The position numbers were made by a program, and so were the translations under genes. A stretch of 64,000 bases of DNA, from NCBI GenBank assembly GCA_017654855.1, contig CM030335.1, positions 1,488,001-1,552,000 on the forward strand, in the 5' to 3' direction. The stretch comes from Podospora anserina. Its lineage: Eukaryota. Below, piece by piece: positions 1 to 12,594 of this stretch. Position 1 is the stretch's first letter. Each line of letters starts with the position of its first letter. A model generated the notes under the pieces. The model made no database searches and was not told the DNA's origin. It saw nothing but the letters and a program-made list of their open reading frames with translations.

Positions 1-1298
1 CAGGGCGCAGCAGAGGACAATCTTGAGGACTAATGTTTTCTGATCGTTAAGGTCCGGCAAACTTTGCTGAGCGGCAGAGGAGTTTAGTTTCACAGTTGCA
101 AACCATGGGCAAAGCGATTGGGCATGTTGTTTGACAGTCTCGATGGGTATCACAGGGTACATGGCCCCAACTTCTTCCTCATGTAGCTCACATAACCGCA
201 GCATTTCTGCTTCGTCGAATTCCAGGATAGGATCACGAGGGACAGCTGAGGGTGGAGAGGAGGATGCCGGTGGCGGAGGGGCTGCTAGGGGAGCTAGGGC
301 CGGCGATGGATGCGGTGTTGGCTCTGTAGGCTGAGAAACGCTGTCCTCAGCCACGTCGGTATACCCCATTCTGTGGAGCGTACTCTTGGCTACATCGACA
401 GTGAAGGCGATGCTCGTCGGTCCATGGAATGAGGATGGCACACGGTACCCAAGACGAGGCCTGGTCAGCGGAGGAAGGGTGGGAATGGGTGAGGGACTGC
501 CTGTGGTTACTGGCGGAGGCAGGATATGATCGTGAATCGGGGCTAGTCGCAGACTTGAAGTTTCCTGGCGAAGAGCATTCATGGCGCTGAAGAGATTGTC
601 GACCTGTTCTTGCAGCCGAGTCACCTGGGCCGACATGTCCCTGAACTCATCCGAGTCCTTGAAGTTGGGACAGCAGTTGGGCGCGTACAGACATTGTAGG
701 TTGAGGTTGCCACATCGGTGACAGGGCGTCTGGCCGTTGCATTTGATCTTGCGGCGTTTGCACTCATTGCTATCATAAAGGTCAGAAACCAGGGTTGGAA
801 GGGGTCTGAGACATAATTATATGGCAGAAAACATGGCCCGACGTCGTACGATTCCAGAACGTGGCATGGGGCCCAATGCGGGACAGAGTCACATCGAGAG
901 AGGAACAGCCTTACCAGGCGATCGAGGTGTACTGGATGACAGGGTTAGTACAAGTGATTATAAAGGGTAGCTGCAGCTGTGCTGTGGGAGCGACGCACTC
1001 TATTCCGCTTGCTCCTTTGCTGCTTGGCAGACACTTCACCATCCTCATCTGGCTCTGCCCTTCTTTTGGCATGGGAGGTGGTCGTGTTGGCGGACGTGGT
1101 GCCGCCTCCGTGCGACGACTCGAGTGGGAGTGGTGAGGTAGGTTGTGGTGCGGAATTGTCTCCGAGGGCGGAAAGCGACGACAGAGGCCCACTGGGAGAA
1201 TAGGCTGCTGGCGTCGACAGGCTCAATCCTGGAGCGGCAGCTGACTGCGGAGCCAGGAACGAGCGCAGGTCGCTCACTTGGGTCTCAAGATGTTCCAT
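1..1298 (-). CDS. Zn(II)2Cys6 fungal transcription factor (3' end runs off the window; 2 introns)
   Basis: Spliced reading KRNR|YTSIA|CNECKRRKIKCNGQTPCHRCGNLNLQC gives the six-Cys binuclear cluster; GT..AG introns with CTAAC-type branch sites; ATG at 1298 (MEHLETQ). Confidence 0.85.
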
Positions 1299-1707
1299 TG
1301 CAACACATGTGTCCTTTTCTCCTGAAAGACCTCCCGGACACGCTCTCGGTTTCCCACCTGAGAGCCAGCGAGCTGAGCAAAGGGGACAAGCCACCCAAAT
1401 GTCAGCACAATCCCTTTTGGCAGCGCGTCCACGTGATAAGGATTGCCGCTCTTTTCCGCCCTTTTGTCCTTCCAACTTCCTCTTGCTGTGTTCGATGCCC
1501 TGGCACAATCGTACGCCATTCCAGATTGGTGCTAGTTTGGCTGGCAAAGCGGAGATCCCCGCGTTCTCCGGGGAAGCTATGACGCCTTGGCACGGCTCCC
1601 AGATATCGAAGCAACGACCAACTTTTGATGCGTGGATGCCTACAACAAAGAATGATCCTACGTCTATTCTTCAACACCAAAAAGAACTCCGGGCTATTTT
1701 ACAGTAA

Positions 1708-3100
1708 TCATCTCTGTGGGCCACCATAGATTGTTCCTGAACAGCGCCCAAACCCAACACGTACTCCCTTGCCGTCATCAGCACAAAATCCTCTCAGTGT
1801 AATGCTGTCACCATCCTTCAAAAACGTTCTGGCATGCATCCCGGCCAGCAATACTTCCTTCTTCCCGTTCTCAGTCATCTCCAGCAAGCTCCCCCTCTCC
1901 TCGACACCACCTGGGCCACTAATTGTCCCAGATCCAAGCAAGTCACCAGGACGCATCGAACAGCCACCCAGAGTATGATGCGCAATCATCTGTGGAAATG
2001 ACCACATCAAATACTTCGAGCTTGTCCTTCCAATGGTAGTTGTGCTCCCATCAGCAGCTATAAAGTATATGTGTCAGTCTCATCCCCTCTTCCAGTTGAC
2101 AATAACCAGGTCAACAGCACTCACTTGTCAAATCGACTTCCAACTTAATGTCAAACACTGTTTTATCCTCCTCGCCCTTCAAATACTCTTGCAGTTCGGT
2201 CTTGTTATCAATCTCGGTCTTCACCTTGAACGGCTCTAGCGCATCTGCCAGCACCACCCAGGCACTAATTGTCGTCCCGAAGTTCTTGCCATTGAACGGC
2301 CCCAGCGGCACATACTCCCAGGCCTGAATATCCCTCGCGCTCCAGTCGTTCAGGAGCACATAGCCAAAGATGTGCTCCTCAGCCTGTTTCACATCTACAG
2401 ACTCGCCCATTTTGTTAGGCTTTGAGATGAAGCACCCAAGCTCAAGCTCGATATCCAGTTTCCTCGTAGGCCCAGTCACAGGTTGCTTTGGCTCAGCTTT
2501 CGGGTCCAGCAGTATCTGACCTACTGGCCTCCGAATTGGCGTCCCATCCACCACGATACTCGATGCCCTACCGTGGTATCCAACCGGTAAGTGCGTATAA
2601 TTTGGCTGGAGGGCGTTTTCTGGCCCGCGGAACATGACACCAACCGCATAGGCATGGTGATAGCCTGCGTAGAAGTCGGTGTAGTCTCCAATCTCCATTG
2701 GAAGGTGCATCGTAACATCGCTCAGCCTGCTCAAGGTTTTGGTCCTGGCATTCTCGTCATCCCTGAGGAGCTCTGCATATGGCGTGTCTTTGTGTAATAG
2801 ATCCTGGAGTCCTTTTCGTACAATTCTGTGCACCGGCCGTCCAAGAGCAGCGAAACCGTTGAGGGTGGGTTGGCTTAGAGCATGGTCAAGCTGATCAATA
2901 TCAACACCTGAGAAGACGTCGGCGAGTTTCTTCTTGTTCACTATGGCCAGCCATGTTTTCAAGTCCAGTGCAAAGCCTCCAATGGCGATGGCTGGGCGGA
3001 GTGTTTGGTCCTCCGGAGTGCTGATGATGCCGAAGGGGATGTTGGCGAGAGAGAAGTCATTTGAGGGGCTGTAGTGGGAGATCCAGGATTCGTTAGCCAT
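1708..3100 (-). CDS. fahA: Fumarylacetoacetase (FAH family), one intron near 2058-2124
   Basis: Motifs FSLANIPFG, GDYTDFYA, HLPVGYHGRASS, LDIELE, LLNDWSARDIQAWEYVPLGPF, GDLLGSGTISG. Confidence 0.9.
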
Positions 3101-4476
3101 CTTGTCCGTAACTCGTAGTGCTTGGTCGTATAGGTGACTTTTGAATGAGTTGAAAGAGCTGTTCTAAACATTTATGGCTTGTGCCGCTTGAAGAAGGGTG
3201 GTGCTTGAGTAACTCCAGTGCGGGACTGGCCCGATGGAAGCCGAGCACCCCACATTGGCCGTTCCCCGCGATTCCACAGTTCCTTCGGCACTGCATGAAT
3301 CCGCTCTCGGCCCGCAGCGACCAGACTGCCGGTAGGTAGCAATTAATGAACATTAATTTGAGGTTGTACGAAGTACCTGGGGATGTTGGTAAACATTCTG
3401 TCGAAGGAAAGAAAAATGAAGAAAAAGACAATTGACCCAGGCCTCATTGGCTTGGATGGACGTGACCTCACCTGCTCACTCATTGAATCGCGTCCCAACA
3501 CACAGCCTCCCAGATCTTCTTCATCAGATCCCAACATCCACATCACACCTCTCGCTCACATCCCCCGTCATCTCTCATATCATAATCCCAAATAACCTCG
3601 TAAACCTCTCCACCGGCAACCCCTCCTTCTTCCCCTCCCACGCCGCCAGCCTCGCCGCCGCCTTCGTCTGCCTTATCAACTCCCCATCCCTCACCAGCCA
3701 AAGCGAAACCTCACACCCTTCACCCCCCAGCTCCTCAATCCTATGCTGCAACTCCCCCCACAAGTCCCGATTGGCATACTTCCTGCCCGACCTCACAGCC
3801 TTCGACTTCCTCCACCGCCTGCCCACCCACTTAGGCAACCACTCCGTAGCCCCCTTGACGATATACTCCAAATCCGTCAACACCACCACCCTCCTCCACC
3901 CCTCCCCATGCCAACTCCTAAACTGCAACGCCGCAATCACAGCGCGGAGTTTAGCCCGATTGGAAGTGTGATCCATTACATTACCCTGGGGTTCCTCCTC
4001 AAGACAGAAGGCGATTGTCCCGGTAATGGGCCCATTGTACTACTCTGACAAAGGGAGCGTCACAGCCGCATTTAGGATTCCAGGTGAGTTCTTGAACTTG
4101 AAGGAGGAGCTGCCAATGGGAGGGGAGGATTTATCCGCGTGGCGGCCGTTATTGATACATGACGCGTCGATAACAAGTAAAATTTCCCTGCTGTTAAACC
4201 TGTTGACGAAGCGGGGGTGGACTGGGCGGTCGGGGGCGCGGACGGTTTGCAAGGGGAAGTGTTCTTCCGGTGTGAGGGAGGGGTCTTCCGGGTGGAAGAT
4301 CGAGGCAGGCCTGATGCGAGAGCGACGAGTGAGTCTCTTCCTCGAGGGGAAGAATTGGGTGTTGGCGGGGTCAGGGGAGGCGATGAAGATGGCGAGCTCT
4401 TCGTTCGTTGTTGGGAGCTGAAGCGGGGTTGGGACGTTTGGTGTTCTGAGAGGTGAGGTGAGGAGGGCACGACTAA

Positions 4477-4829
4477 TGACTTGTGGCAGGTGGTTGCGTT
4501 CTTGAATGCGGACTCCCGGCAGCATCGGCCAATCAAAAGGGAGAAGGGGACAACCAATCAGAGGAACAGGAAACAGACCTACCAGGAGAGGATCATTGGG
4601 TCCAGAGTATGATCCAGGAAACGATCCGGCCGGCTCTAGGGATCATTAATGGAAGATAATAATCCAGGAAAATGGTGGTCTATATAATACGGAGGAACTA
4701 AATAGCTTATAGATAGTTCCGCAGTATGTAATACAAGTTACATTCGTTGGTTTCAGACTATCGTGATAGAGACAAGCCATTGTTGTGCACTGTTTAGCTG
4801 CACAGAACCAATTGTCTAGAAATGTCACA
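4477..4829 (+). mobile_element. Solo LTR copy 1 (LTR retrotransposon; resembles Podospora crapaud-type LTRs with variable 5' and conserved 3' halves)
   Basis: Begins TG, ends CA; TATA-containing 3' half (4681-4829) is similar to 5027-5178; preceded by ACTAA. Confidence 0.65.
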
Positions 4830-4830
4830 G

Positions 4831-5178
4831 TGTCACAGTTAAGCCAACATGCAGGTTAGACAGTACGAGCGGTGCAGGACGTGCTCAGCCAATCGTTAGA
4901 TTAGATAAGGTCAACCAATCAGGAGGTGATCAGGGTGATCGGAGCATGATCACCATGATCACGAACTGGGCCAATAAGGACGAGATCAGGGTGGCTTGGC
5001 CATGATCAGTTCAGAGCCCTGAGGCCTATATATACGGAGGAACTAGATGGGCATCAGATAGTTCCGCAGTATGCAATACAAGTCACATTCGTTAGTATCT
5101 TGACAATTGTGATTGAGACAAGCCATTGTTGTACACTGTTTAGCTGTACCGAACCAGTATTGTTCAGAAGCGCCTTCA
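4831..5178 (+). mobile_element. Solo LTR copy 2 (related, different 5' half)
   Basis: Begins TGTCACAG, ends CCTTCA; 3' half similar to copy 1; followed by ACTAG, which matches ACTAA at 4472-4476 with one mismatch (putative 5-bp TSD). Confidence 0.65.
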
Positions 5179-5330
5179 ACTAGTATCCCTTTCAGAGGTT
5201 CTGGACAGGGGTTCGTCACACATAGAGGCCTACATCTTTCGCCAGATACCGGATATGTGCATCTATCAATGTTGGATTGTCTATAGTGAAACTGTGAACG
5301 AAGAGGAGAGAGAAGTGGACTGGAGTGAAC

Positions 5331-6365
5331 CTAGTTCAACCCCTCCCTCTTCTCAATCTCCTCCTTTGACCAGCACCACTTATCCTGCAACCCCTTATCC
5401 AACACCTTCTCATACACCCCCTTCTCCCACCACTCCCCCCAGCTCGTCAAAAACATCTGCTCCCTATCCTTCGGGAAATCATCCCTCGTGAACGCAGCCA
5501 GAATGCTCTTTGCCCCATGCTCCACGCTCTTCGCATCAGGCATATCCATACTCAACTTCATTCCCGAGCCCCTCCCAATTCCAGTGTTAGGAATCAGCCC
5601 CGGAGAAACTGCAACAACCCTGCACTTCCCCTCCAGCCTCCTCCGCCACCACTGCGCACTCAACAAATTCAAGAACTTTGTCTGAGAGTACGTGTCGTTG
5701 GCTTCCACCCCAGACCCAACTTTCAAGTCCTTCTCCAACGTCGAGGGGTCAGTAACCCGACGGATGGCGCCCGAGGAAACAAAAATGATTCTCGTAGAGG
5801 AATCAATCAGTTTCTTCTCGAGCAAGTGAACGAGGTAATGCTGGGCTGTTTCCTGTCAGACCTAATGGTTCGAAATCAAAATGATGATGTCAACACCACT
5901 TACAAAGAAAATTAACCACAAACGCCTCACAAAACCCAGACTTGGACTCCTTCGCGGGCTTGTCTGTCCCGTCAGAGACCGCAGCGTTGAGGAGCAAGTA
6001 ATCGATCTTTCCGTCCGGGCCGAGACGCTCGAGTGTTGCATTGGCGAAGGAGGCGGTTGACTTTAGACTGGAGAGCTCGAGGGGAAGGATAGACAGGATG
6101 TGATCAGTCTTGGGGTACGAGAGCGCATTGTAGTCTTGACCGGAACGGTTGGTGTCGCGGGCTCCGAGGACAAGGTTGAGGTGAGTGGTGGAGGGGCTGA
6201 GGGAAGTGGGAGAGCTGAGGAGTTGTTTGATGAGTTCAAAGCCCTGGAGAGTAGTGTGAGTGAAATGAACTCCAATGAGGGGATCAGCGGGGAGTAACAT
6301 ACCAACCCCGACGATGTGCCTGTAGCGACGATGGTTTTGGTAGCTTGTGCTATGGAGGCAGTCAT
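5331..6365 (-). CDS. Short-chain dehydrogenase/reductase, multi-exon
   Basis: TIVATGTSSGL|GFE Rossmann motif, LLLNAA, IIFVSSG, YSQTK (YxxxK), VAVSPGLIP. Confidence 0.85.
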
Positions 6366-6864
6366 TTTCAGAAGTTTTTATTAGGTAGTTCAGATTGCCA
6401 GTGTGGATGGGATGAGATAATGATGATTGTGAGCAGGTTGGGATGAACCGAGGGGAATGTGTCAAAAAGCGAGGGATTGAGGGGGGTTAAGTGGGTGCGA
6501 TGATGTAATCACTTCTCAGGCTACAAAAAACTGGTTATACAACACGGTCAACAAGAGAGAATTCAACTTTACAACTAATGCCATATTAAGAGACTGCGAT
6601 GTGCCTCTTTAAGCCAACTTTACAAACTCGGACACGGTGCAACACAAAATCCGCAAAATCCGCCGATTGGTAATCCAACTGAGTGACACAAGTTCAACGC
6701 ATTGCGCTCATATCACTCCTTGACATTACTGACATCATTGATCAAGTCGTTTGGAGACCAGGGAAAAGTGTTACTGTCGCCAGTCTGCGGTTAAGGGTGT
6801 CTATGGTGTGTTGCAGGGTCTGTATCAGTCTCCAATATGCAGACAGTAGACGAGGTGCTTCCTA

Positions 6865-7500
6865 AGTACAGGGGTGAATAGGTAAGGTAGTTTCTCAAGC
6901 AACTGTACGCAAACCCATGTTAGGAGTGCGTCCTAGAAATAAAGCTTTGAGTTGGATTTCCACTGTTTTAAAGGCGGGTCTGGTGCAAGAGGCATATTAT
7001 TTTCAACGTCTATCCTAGCTTTCCATACCCGCTATCCTAGCTTTACATGCTCGTTATCCTAGCTTTATACGGCCCCTATTCTAGCTTTACTAGGTCTGAG
7101 TCTAGATTTTGTTGTGCAATCTTCTTTCAATTCAAACCCAATCATAAAGACCGGCGGTATAAGGGAGTAGGTGCCATCCATAAAGGGATAGTAGCCACAG
7201 AGTCAACATCACTTTCAAAAATCTCACAACTTTTATTGCAAAGTAACAGGACAAAAGACGAAGGACCATCCTCCCTCATTATAAAATAGTTAATATATAA
7301 AAGTAAGTTTACCTATATCATATTATAAACTATACTTTAAAGGATAATTATTCCGCCTTCAAAGATAGTTAATAGGCCTTCAAAATACTTCAGAAGGCCT
7401 ATTGACTATTTTTAAAGGCCCATATATTATATTTAAAAGCCTATGGACTATCTTTTAGGGCATGTTAACCTACTTTGGTGTCCCAATTATTTTGTGGCAA
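6865..7500. repeat. AT-rich degenerate repeat relic with four ~21-bp tandem units (core TATCCTAGCTTT, ~7011-7090)
   Basis: Tandem core visible directly; TpA-rich and low GC relative to the flanks, consistent with RIP. Confidence 0.5.
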
Positions 7501-8135
7501 GGGTACCATCATGTCTTGTCTCACTATCAACTGAATCAACTCGCAACTAGAACATCTGACACAATATTGCTGCGGTCTATCGCCCCCCAAACCTGCCATT
7601 ATCGAGTACTTCACGACCCATATCGGTCGATAGAGGGTAGCTAGACAAAACAGACTAGCTTCCTACATAAAACAGCCCTTAACATACCAGGCATTTGCAC
7701 AAGCCTGCATTGAAAGTTCTTTTCTCCTGGGCAAAACCAACCCCTACTTCGTGCCAAGCTACCAGCCATGCAGCAATATTCCAACCTACTCGCCATAATC
7801 ACTTTCAAACACTGCAATTATTCACAGATTTCCCTACGCAAAGGTTCAATGGCCAGGGCACCCGCTATTACATTGAAATACTTACCGTAAGAACTGGTGC
7901 CCCTGAACTGTTATGCACCATCACTTCCACCACTACCACCCACTGAATCCATCACAGCTTCACAAACGGGCTTCAGTTGGTTTGTCCCATTCACAGGTCA
8001 AAGGCAGTGCGAGAGATGCACGCAACAATCGGTGAACAGCGAGAAGACGATTTTTCCATACAAATATGGGGTTAGCAATGCAGAAACACCCCTTGATCAA
8101 TTGTTGACTATATGCCGAAGACAGCTAGAGGCGTG

Positions 8136-8992
8136 TTATTGAGGAGGCTTGTCGAATTTATGTCTCCACTCTCGGTCCATGATCTTACAATCCAACCCGT
8201 TTGTCATGTTGTTCCAGGCACTCCACACCAATATGTCCCAATTGGCCGTACTATTCACGATGTGCATGGTATGCAGTTTTCCGGGCCCTTTGTCAGCTTC
8301 ATAGACGCTATTTTCAGCCGTCCCCCACTTCATCCCCTTCCACTGAACCATAGATTTATGGGGGATACCATAGAAGCAGAGAGCAGGCAGCCGCCCAGTT
8401 CGCACCCTTCAAGCACAGCGCAGGTATATGATATCGTTGACGTCTTGATTCCAGAAGGCCTTGGTCCTCCCGTTGTAGAACTCGACCATACCCGACTTGC
8501 TCGAATTGGCAATGATCTGGACACCAATTCCGTCGCCAGAGAGAACCTCGAACTCCGGGTGTACAATTGACCTCCAATCTGCGTGGTGTAGAAGGTGTAG
8601 TATTGGGGGGCGGTGTTCGAGGTGAGATTTTGGGTGATAGCAACACCAGCGCGGAAGGTGGAGTGACGACATTCGACGATGCCGTCGCTGGTGACTGCGA
8701 ACTCGATCCACTGTGTATAGTTGGTAGCTGAGAAGAAGGGCATGGTGATGTTCGCTTCCGCCAAAGAGATAAGGCTGCCGCCGGTTATCCGGACAGAATG
8801 GCCAGCTTGGTTGAGAGTATACCAAGGGGCGTTGAAGCTGGCGTTATTGCCCGTGAATGGGGAGATGTTGCCGGTCAAGTTGAGGGCCGGCAAGACTATA
8901 GCAGAGGAAGGCTGCCAGAAGTAGGGCTTGACAGGAGGTGTGAGGGCGAAGGCAGAAGCCACGAGGGCGAAGGCAGAAAAGCAAAACTTCAT
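8136..8992 (-). pseudogene. Secreted peptidase G1 (A4)/ConA-like protein with frameshifts
   Basis: Signal peptide MKFCFSAFALVASAFA; segments WIEF..DG..C..AGV, FEVLSGDGIGVQIIANSSKSG and LCLKGANW fall in three different frames. Confidence 0.4.
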
Positions 8993-9475
8993 GTTAACTG
9001 CGCCTGGGGATGTAACCGAGAGATGTTTGCGGAGATTTCGGTTGCAGTTTGGGTACGGCAAGGTTCAAGGAAATGAAAAAAATGAAGGAAAGAGGAAGAC
9101 TCTTTACACTGGAGGATGGCGAGCATGGTAGATGACGACGAGTAAACACCAAGCTCCCGTTTCGTTGCCTGCCACGAGACACAGACCCCGATGGCCACGA
9201 GGTGCCAAAGTGCCACCATCGGTTTGCGCTGTTTCGCAATCAGCAGTGGCTCACAAGAGATGAAAGCGGTATAACTGAACCTGTCAGGGAGGCCCAATAC
9301 GGAGCATGAAAAAATCACGGCCGGTACCTGATAGATAGCACTCTGACTCCGCTTCGTGGCAAACAAACGGTGATAGAATCTCAATTCAGGGGTATCACCT
9401 TCACACATGCAACGACCGTTCTACTCCGCCCAGGTTCATGTTCATTCGAGTTATATACATTCGGGAACACACGGA

Positions 9476-10336
9476 TCAGTCAACTTCATCCGCAATCTCA
9501 GCCCCCTCGGGAGGAGTATATGGGTGGCTTCCTTTCCATGCTGCCTTGACATATCTGCAATTCGATTACTGATTAGGCACGTGGTTCTGGGTAAAGCAAG
9601 AGCAAAACTTACTTGGTATGGCTGCCCCTGGCTACCAGTTCTCCCAGGGGGTTCGTAAAGGTAACCTTGGTGAAGGCCAAGGTTGGGCCAACTGTACAAA
9701 AAGTGTCAGTCAGAGCATAGGGCAGAGATCCTGAACAGCATGTACGTACTCTTTTCGCACTCCGCAACCGCTTGAAGCTTATCTCCCACTTTGCCCCCCG
9801 ATTTGAGGTAGGTGACGTTTAGGTCTGTGGAAACGCCAGTAGCATACAGACCTTCCGAGGCGACGGCTAGGGAGCCACCCAGGTCGACCAGACTGGCAAT
9901 TGTGCCTCCATGGATGATCTTGAGGCGGTTCTTGTGAGGGTTTGTAAGTAGCTACCTTGCAAGACGACAAGAAAGCCGCAGGGGATATATACTGTGTGGT
10001 CTTTCGTTATGTCCAGCTCAAGATCAACTCTGCCCTTCGATGCATTCACAACACGTAGCTTCACCACCCTGGTCAGCAACTTCAGGCTTCAGACGATCAG
10101 GGGACTGCGACTCACATGGGGTCCGAACAGTCTGAAGTCAAATACAGGGTTAGGTATATGTCCCTGAATTCCAGATCGCAACCCCGAAGACGTACCTCGG
10201 CTCCAGACCAGACTCGGCCATGAAGGATTTGAGAACCTTTGTCACGTTAGTAACCTGAGGTGTTCCTGGAATGGGCACAAGGGACTTGTCATACCGATCT
10301 CACAAATCTTGTTGGCTGCAGCTTCACTCCGGTCAT
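9476..10336 (-). CDS. PaaI/ACOT13-like hotdog-fold acyl-CoA thioesterase, multi-exon
   Basis: Spliced NRLKIIHGGTIASLVDLGGSLAVAS..GVSTDLNVTYL and ARGSHTK motifs. Confidence 0.85.
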
Positions 10337-10996
10337 TTTGGTAGCGCTCCGATACACACAGTTTACCCGAGGGTTTAAAGGAGGGTTCAAACTGCTTGAA
10401 AACATATCGCATTCAGCTGGTTGAGACAACCCGAACCCCCACTTTGTGACGTCGTGCGAGTCCCGCCCGATAACCGGCGCCGGGATGTGGGGAATCCGAC
10501 CATGGCTATCAAGGTGCCCGTTTGGTCGAGATGTCAGAGTCTTCATTGAGAACCATGCTGGCTGACTTTAGCAAATGATCATTAAGTAGGGGATCTCGAT
10601 GAAGATGCTCCCATTGAACCAAGGGTAGGTGTGTTTAGTGTAAACCTAGACATGCACCAACTGGCGCGCACCTTCACACCCGACAGCACGGGAGAGCAAC
10701 GGAACTAGCCGAAATGCGGATCCCTGTTCAGCCATCCCTGCTATTCTTTTGGCGGCAGCCTTCTAGATTTTGGGGATGCCTGCCGCTGAACAGTGCCTGC
10801 GACAATCAATCCACGACATCTCAGCCAAACACCAACTACCTTCGCAATTCCGTGCCTTCGATATTTGACGATACCCCCGACGAATCCAAATTACATAACC
10901 GCCAAAGAATGCGCTAAGTGAAACCTAAGCCGCCTGAAATAATCGAGGGAATCGACAACGAAAGCCAACGCATGTGCCGGGCAGCCAGCCGCCATC

Positions 10997-12594
10997 ATGT
11001 CGTCCTTTGGCCCCTCGTCCTTCTTGCTCGACGATTACTTGGAGAAGCTGCCAGGCGCAACGTTTCGAAAGCTGTACCAGCAGCCTTCCACCGCCTTTGC
11101 TATCTTTCGGCGCATGCTTCCACCTTTAGGTACACGCCTCCCCCTTCTCTCCGGACCACCGTGACTAACGGACACGCGCCTACAGCAAAGGTATATGTTC
11201 AGGCCCTGCTATACAGTCCGACCCCCCTTACGACAAATGATATCGAGCTCTGGACGCGACCAGAAGGCAAAGGCACGAGCAATAGAGCGATCGCGAGGCT
11301 GCGCTCACTACACATCGCCCAGTTATCACAGTCGACCAGGGCCAAGAAAGCACAAGATATTCAACTCACAGCCAACTTCAAAAAATCTCTACGACTCGCC
11401 CTCGAGGGCGGCGGATCACACAACAGCTTCGGCGTACCAAGCACATTACCTACCGACCCAAAGATACACATCCAATATCTCGACCAATGGGCCGGGAGAA
11501 TATGGCAAGACATCCTTTACTACGTCGTCAACAGCGTCCCCATGAAAGCCAACGAGTCCGGCGGCCGACACGGCTCCGGAGGCGGCGGCCCAAAACGAGC
11601 AGTCCGCGAACTCCTCAAAATGGGCGGTCTCGTCCGCGAAGGCGCCGGCGGTCTCGTCCAAATCAGCGAGCATGGCTTCAACTTCCTCCTCCAAGAAGCC
11701 AACGCCCAAGTCTGGACCCTCCTCCTCCTCTGGCTCGAAGCCGCCGACCGCAACAAAGCCCTCGCCAAAGAGCAAGGCACCGACATAACAGGAACAGCCA
11801 TCGACAATGTCGAAATGCTCTCCTTTCTCTTCATGCTCGCCTCCCTCGAGCTCGGCCGCGCATACGACACTTCTGCTTTGACCGAAACCCGAAAGAACAT
11901 GCTCCCCGCACTGGCTGACTTTGGCCTGATATACATCGACCGTGACAGACCACAGCAATACTACCCAACCCGATTAGCCACCACTCTTACCTCCTTATCA
12001 ACCATGAGGTCAGTATCAGCCAGCATCGATGCCGCCACGAAGAAAACCCCCGGTGACGCGGGCAGTCTGGGAGCAGACTCCACCCCAACAGCACCGGCGG
12101 ATGAAAACGGCGGGATTGTAGTTGAAACAAACTATCGTATCTATGCTTACACCTCCTCCCCTTTGCAAATCGCCATCCTCAAGCTGTTCTGCCGGCTACA
12201 CATGCGGTTTCCAAACATGGTCACCGCCAGATTGACGAGAGAATCAGTCCAGGAAGCCATCAAGGAAGGGATCACGGCGAACCAAATCATTGACTACCTT
12301 GTCGCGCATGCACACCCACAAATGAGGCGCGCCGCCGCGGCGAGGGGCACGACGGTAATCCCGCCGACGGTGATGGATCAGATCCGACTGTGGCAGCTGG
12401 AGAGTCAGAGGATGCAAAAGACGCCAGGGTTCCAGTTCAAAGACTTCGAGAGCGTGGAGGAGTACAGGCAGCTGGCGGAGTACGCGACCGAGATAGGGGT
12501 CTTGGTTTGGAAGGATGATCGGAAAGGCACGTTTTTCGTCAGCAAGGTGGAGCAGATTAGGGAATTCTTGAAGGCAAGGAAGAAGGGGAATTAG
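10997..12594 (+). CDS. TFB2: TFIIH subunit Tfb2/p52 (intron ~11130-11186)
   Basis: Likely start ATG 10997 MSSFG..DYLEKLPGATFRKLYQQPSTAFAIFRRMLP; VETNYRIYAYTSSPLQI, RFPNMV, IPPTVMDQIRLWQLE. Confidence 0.95.

Larger units (their letters stand above)
3575..5223 (-). pseudogene. Fungal RNase H-like gene interrupted by an LTR insertion (4477-5178), with an in-frame TAG at 4040-4042
   Basis: LLVIDASCINNG, TSNRAKLRAVIAAL, VLTDLEY, ANRDLW motifs; ORFs 4040..4525 and 3575..3976 are in one frame separated by one TAG; removing the insertion restores ATG(5223)-MCDEPLSRTSERDTSRALLTSP in frame. Confidence 0.75.

Noticed and set aside
10918-10996. N-terminal extension of the 558-aa TFB2 ORF in the track
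   Set aside because: The conserved Tfb2 N-terminus is in another frame starting at ATG 10997 and joined by an intron; the extension is an ORF-calling artefact
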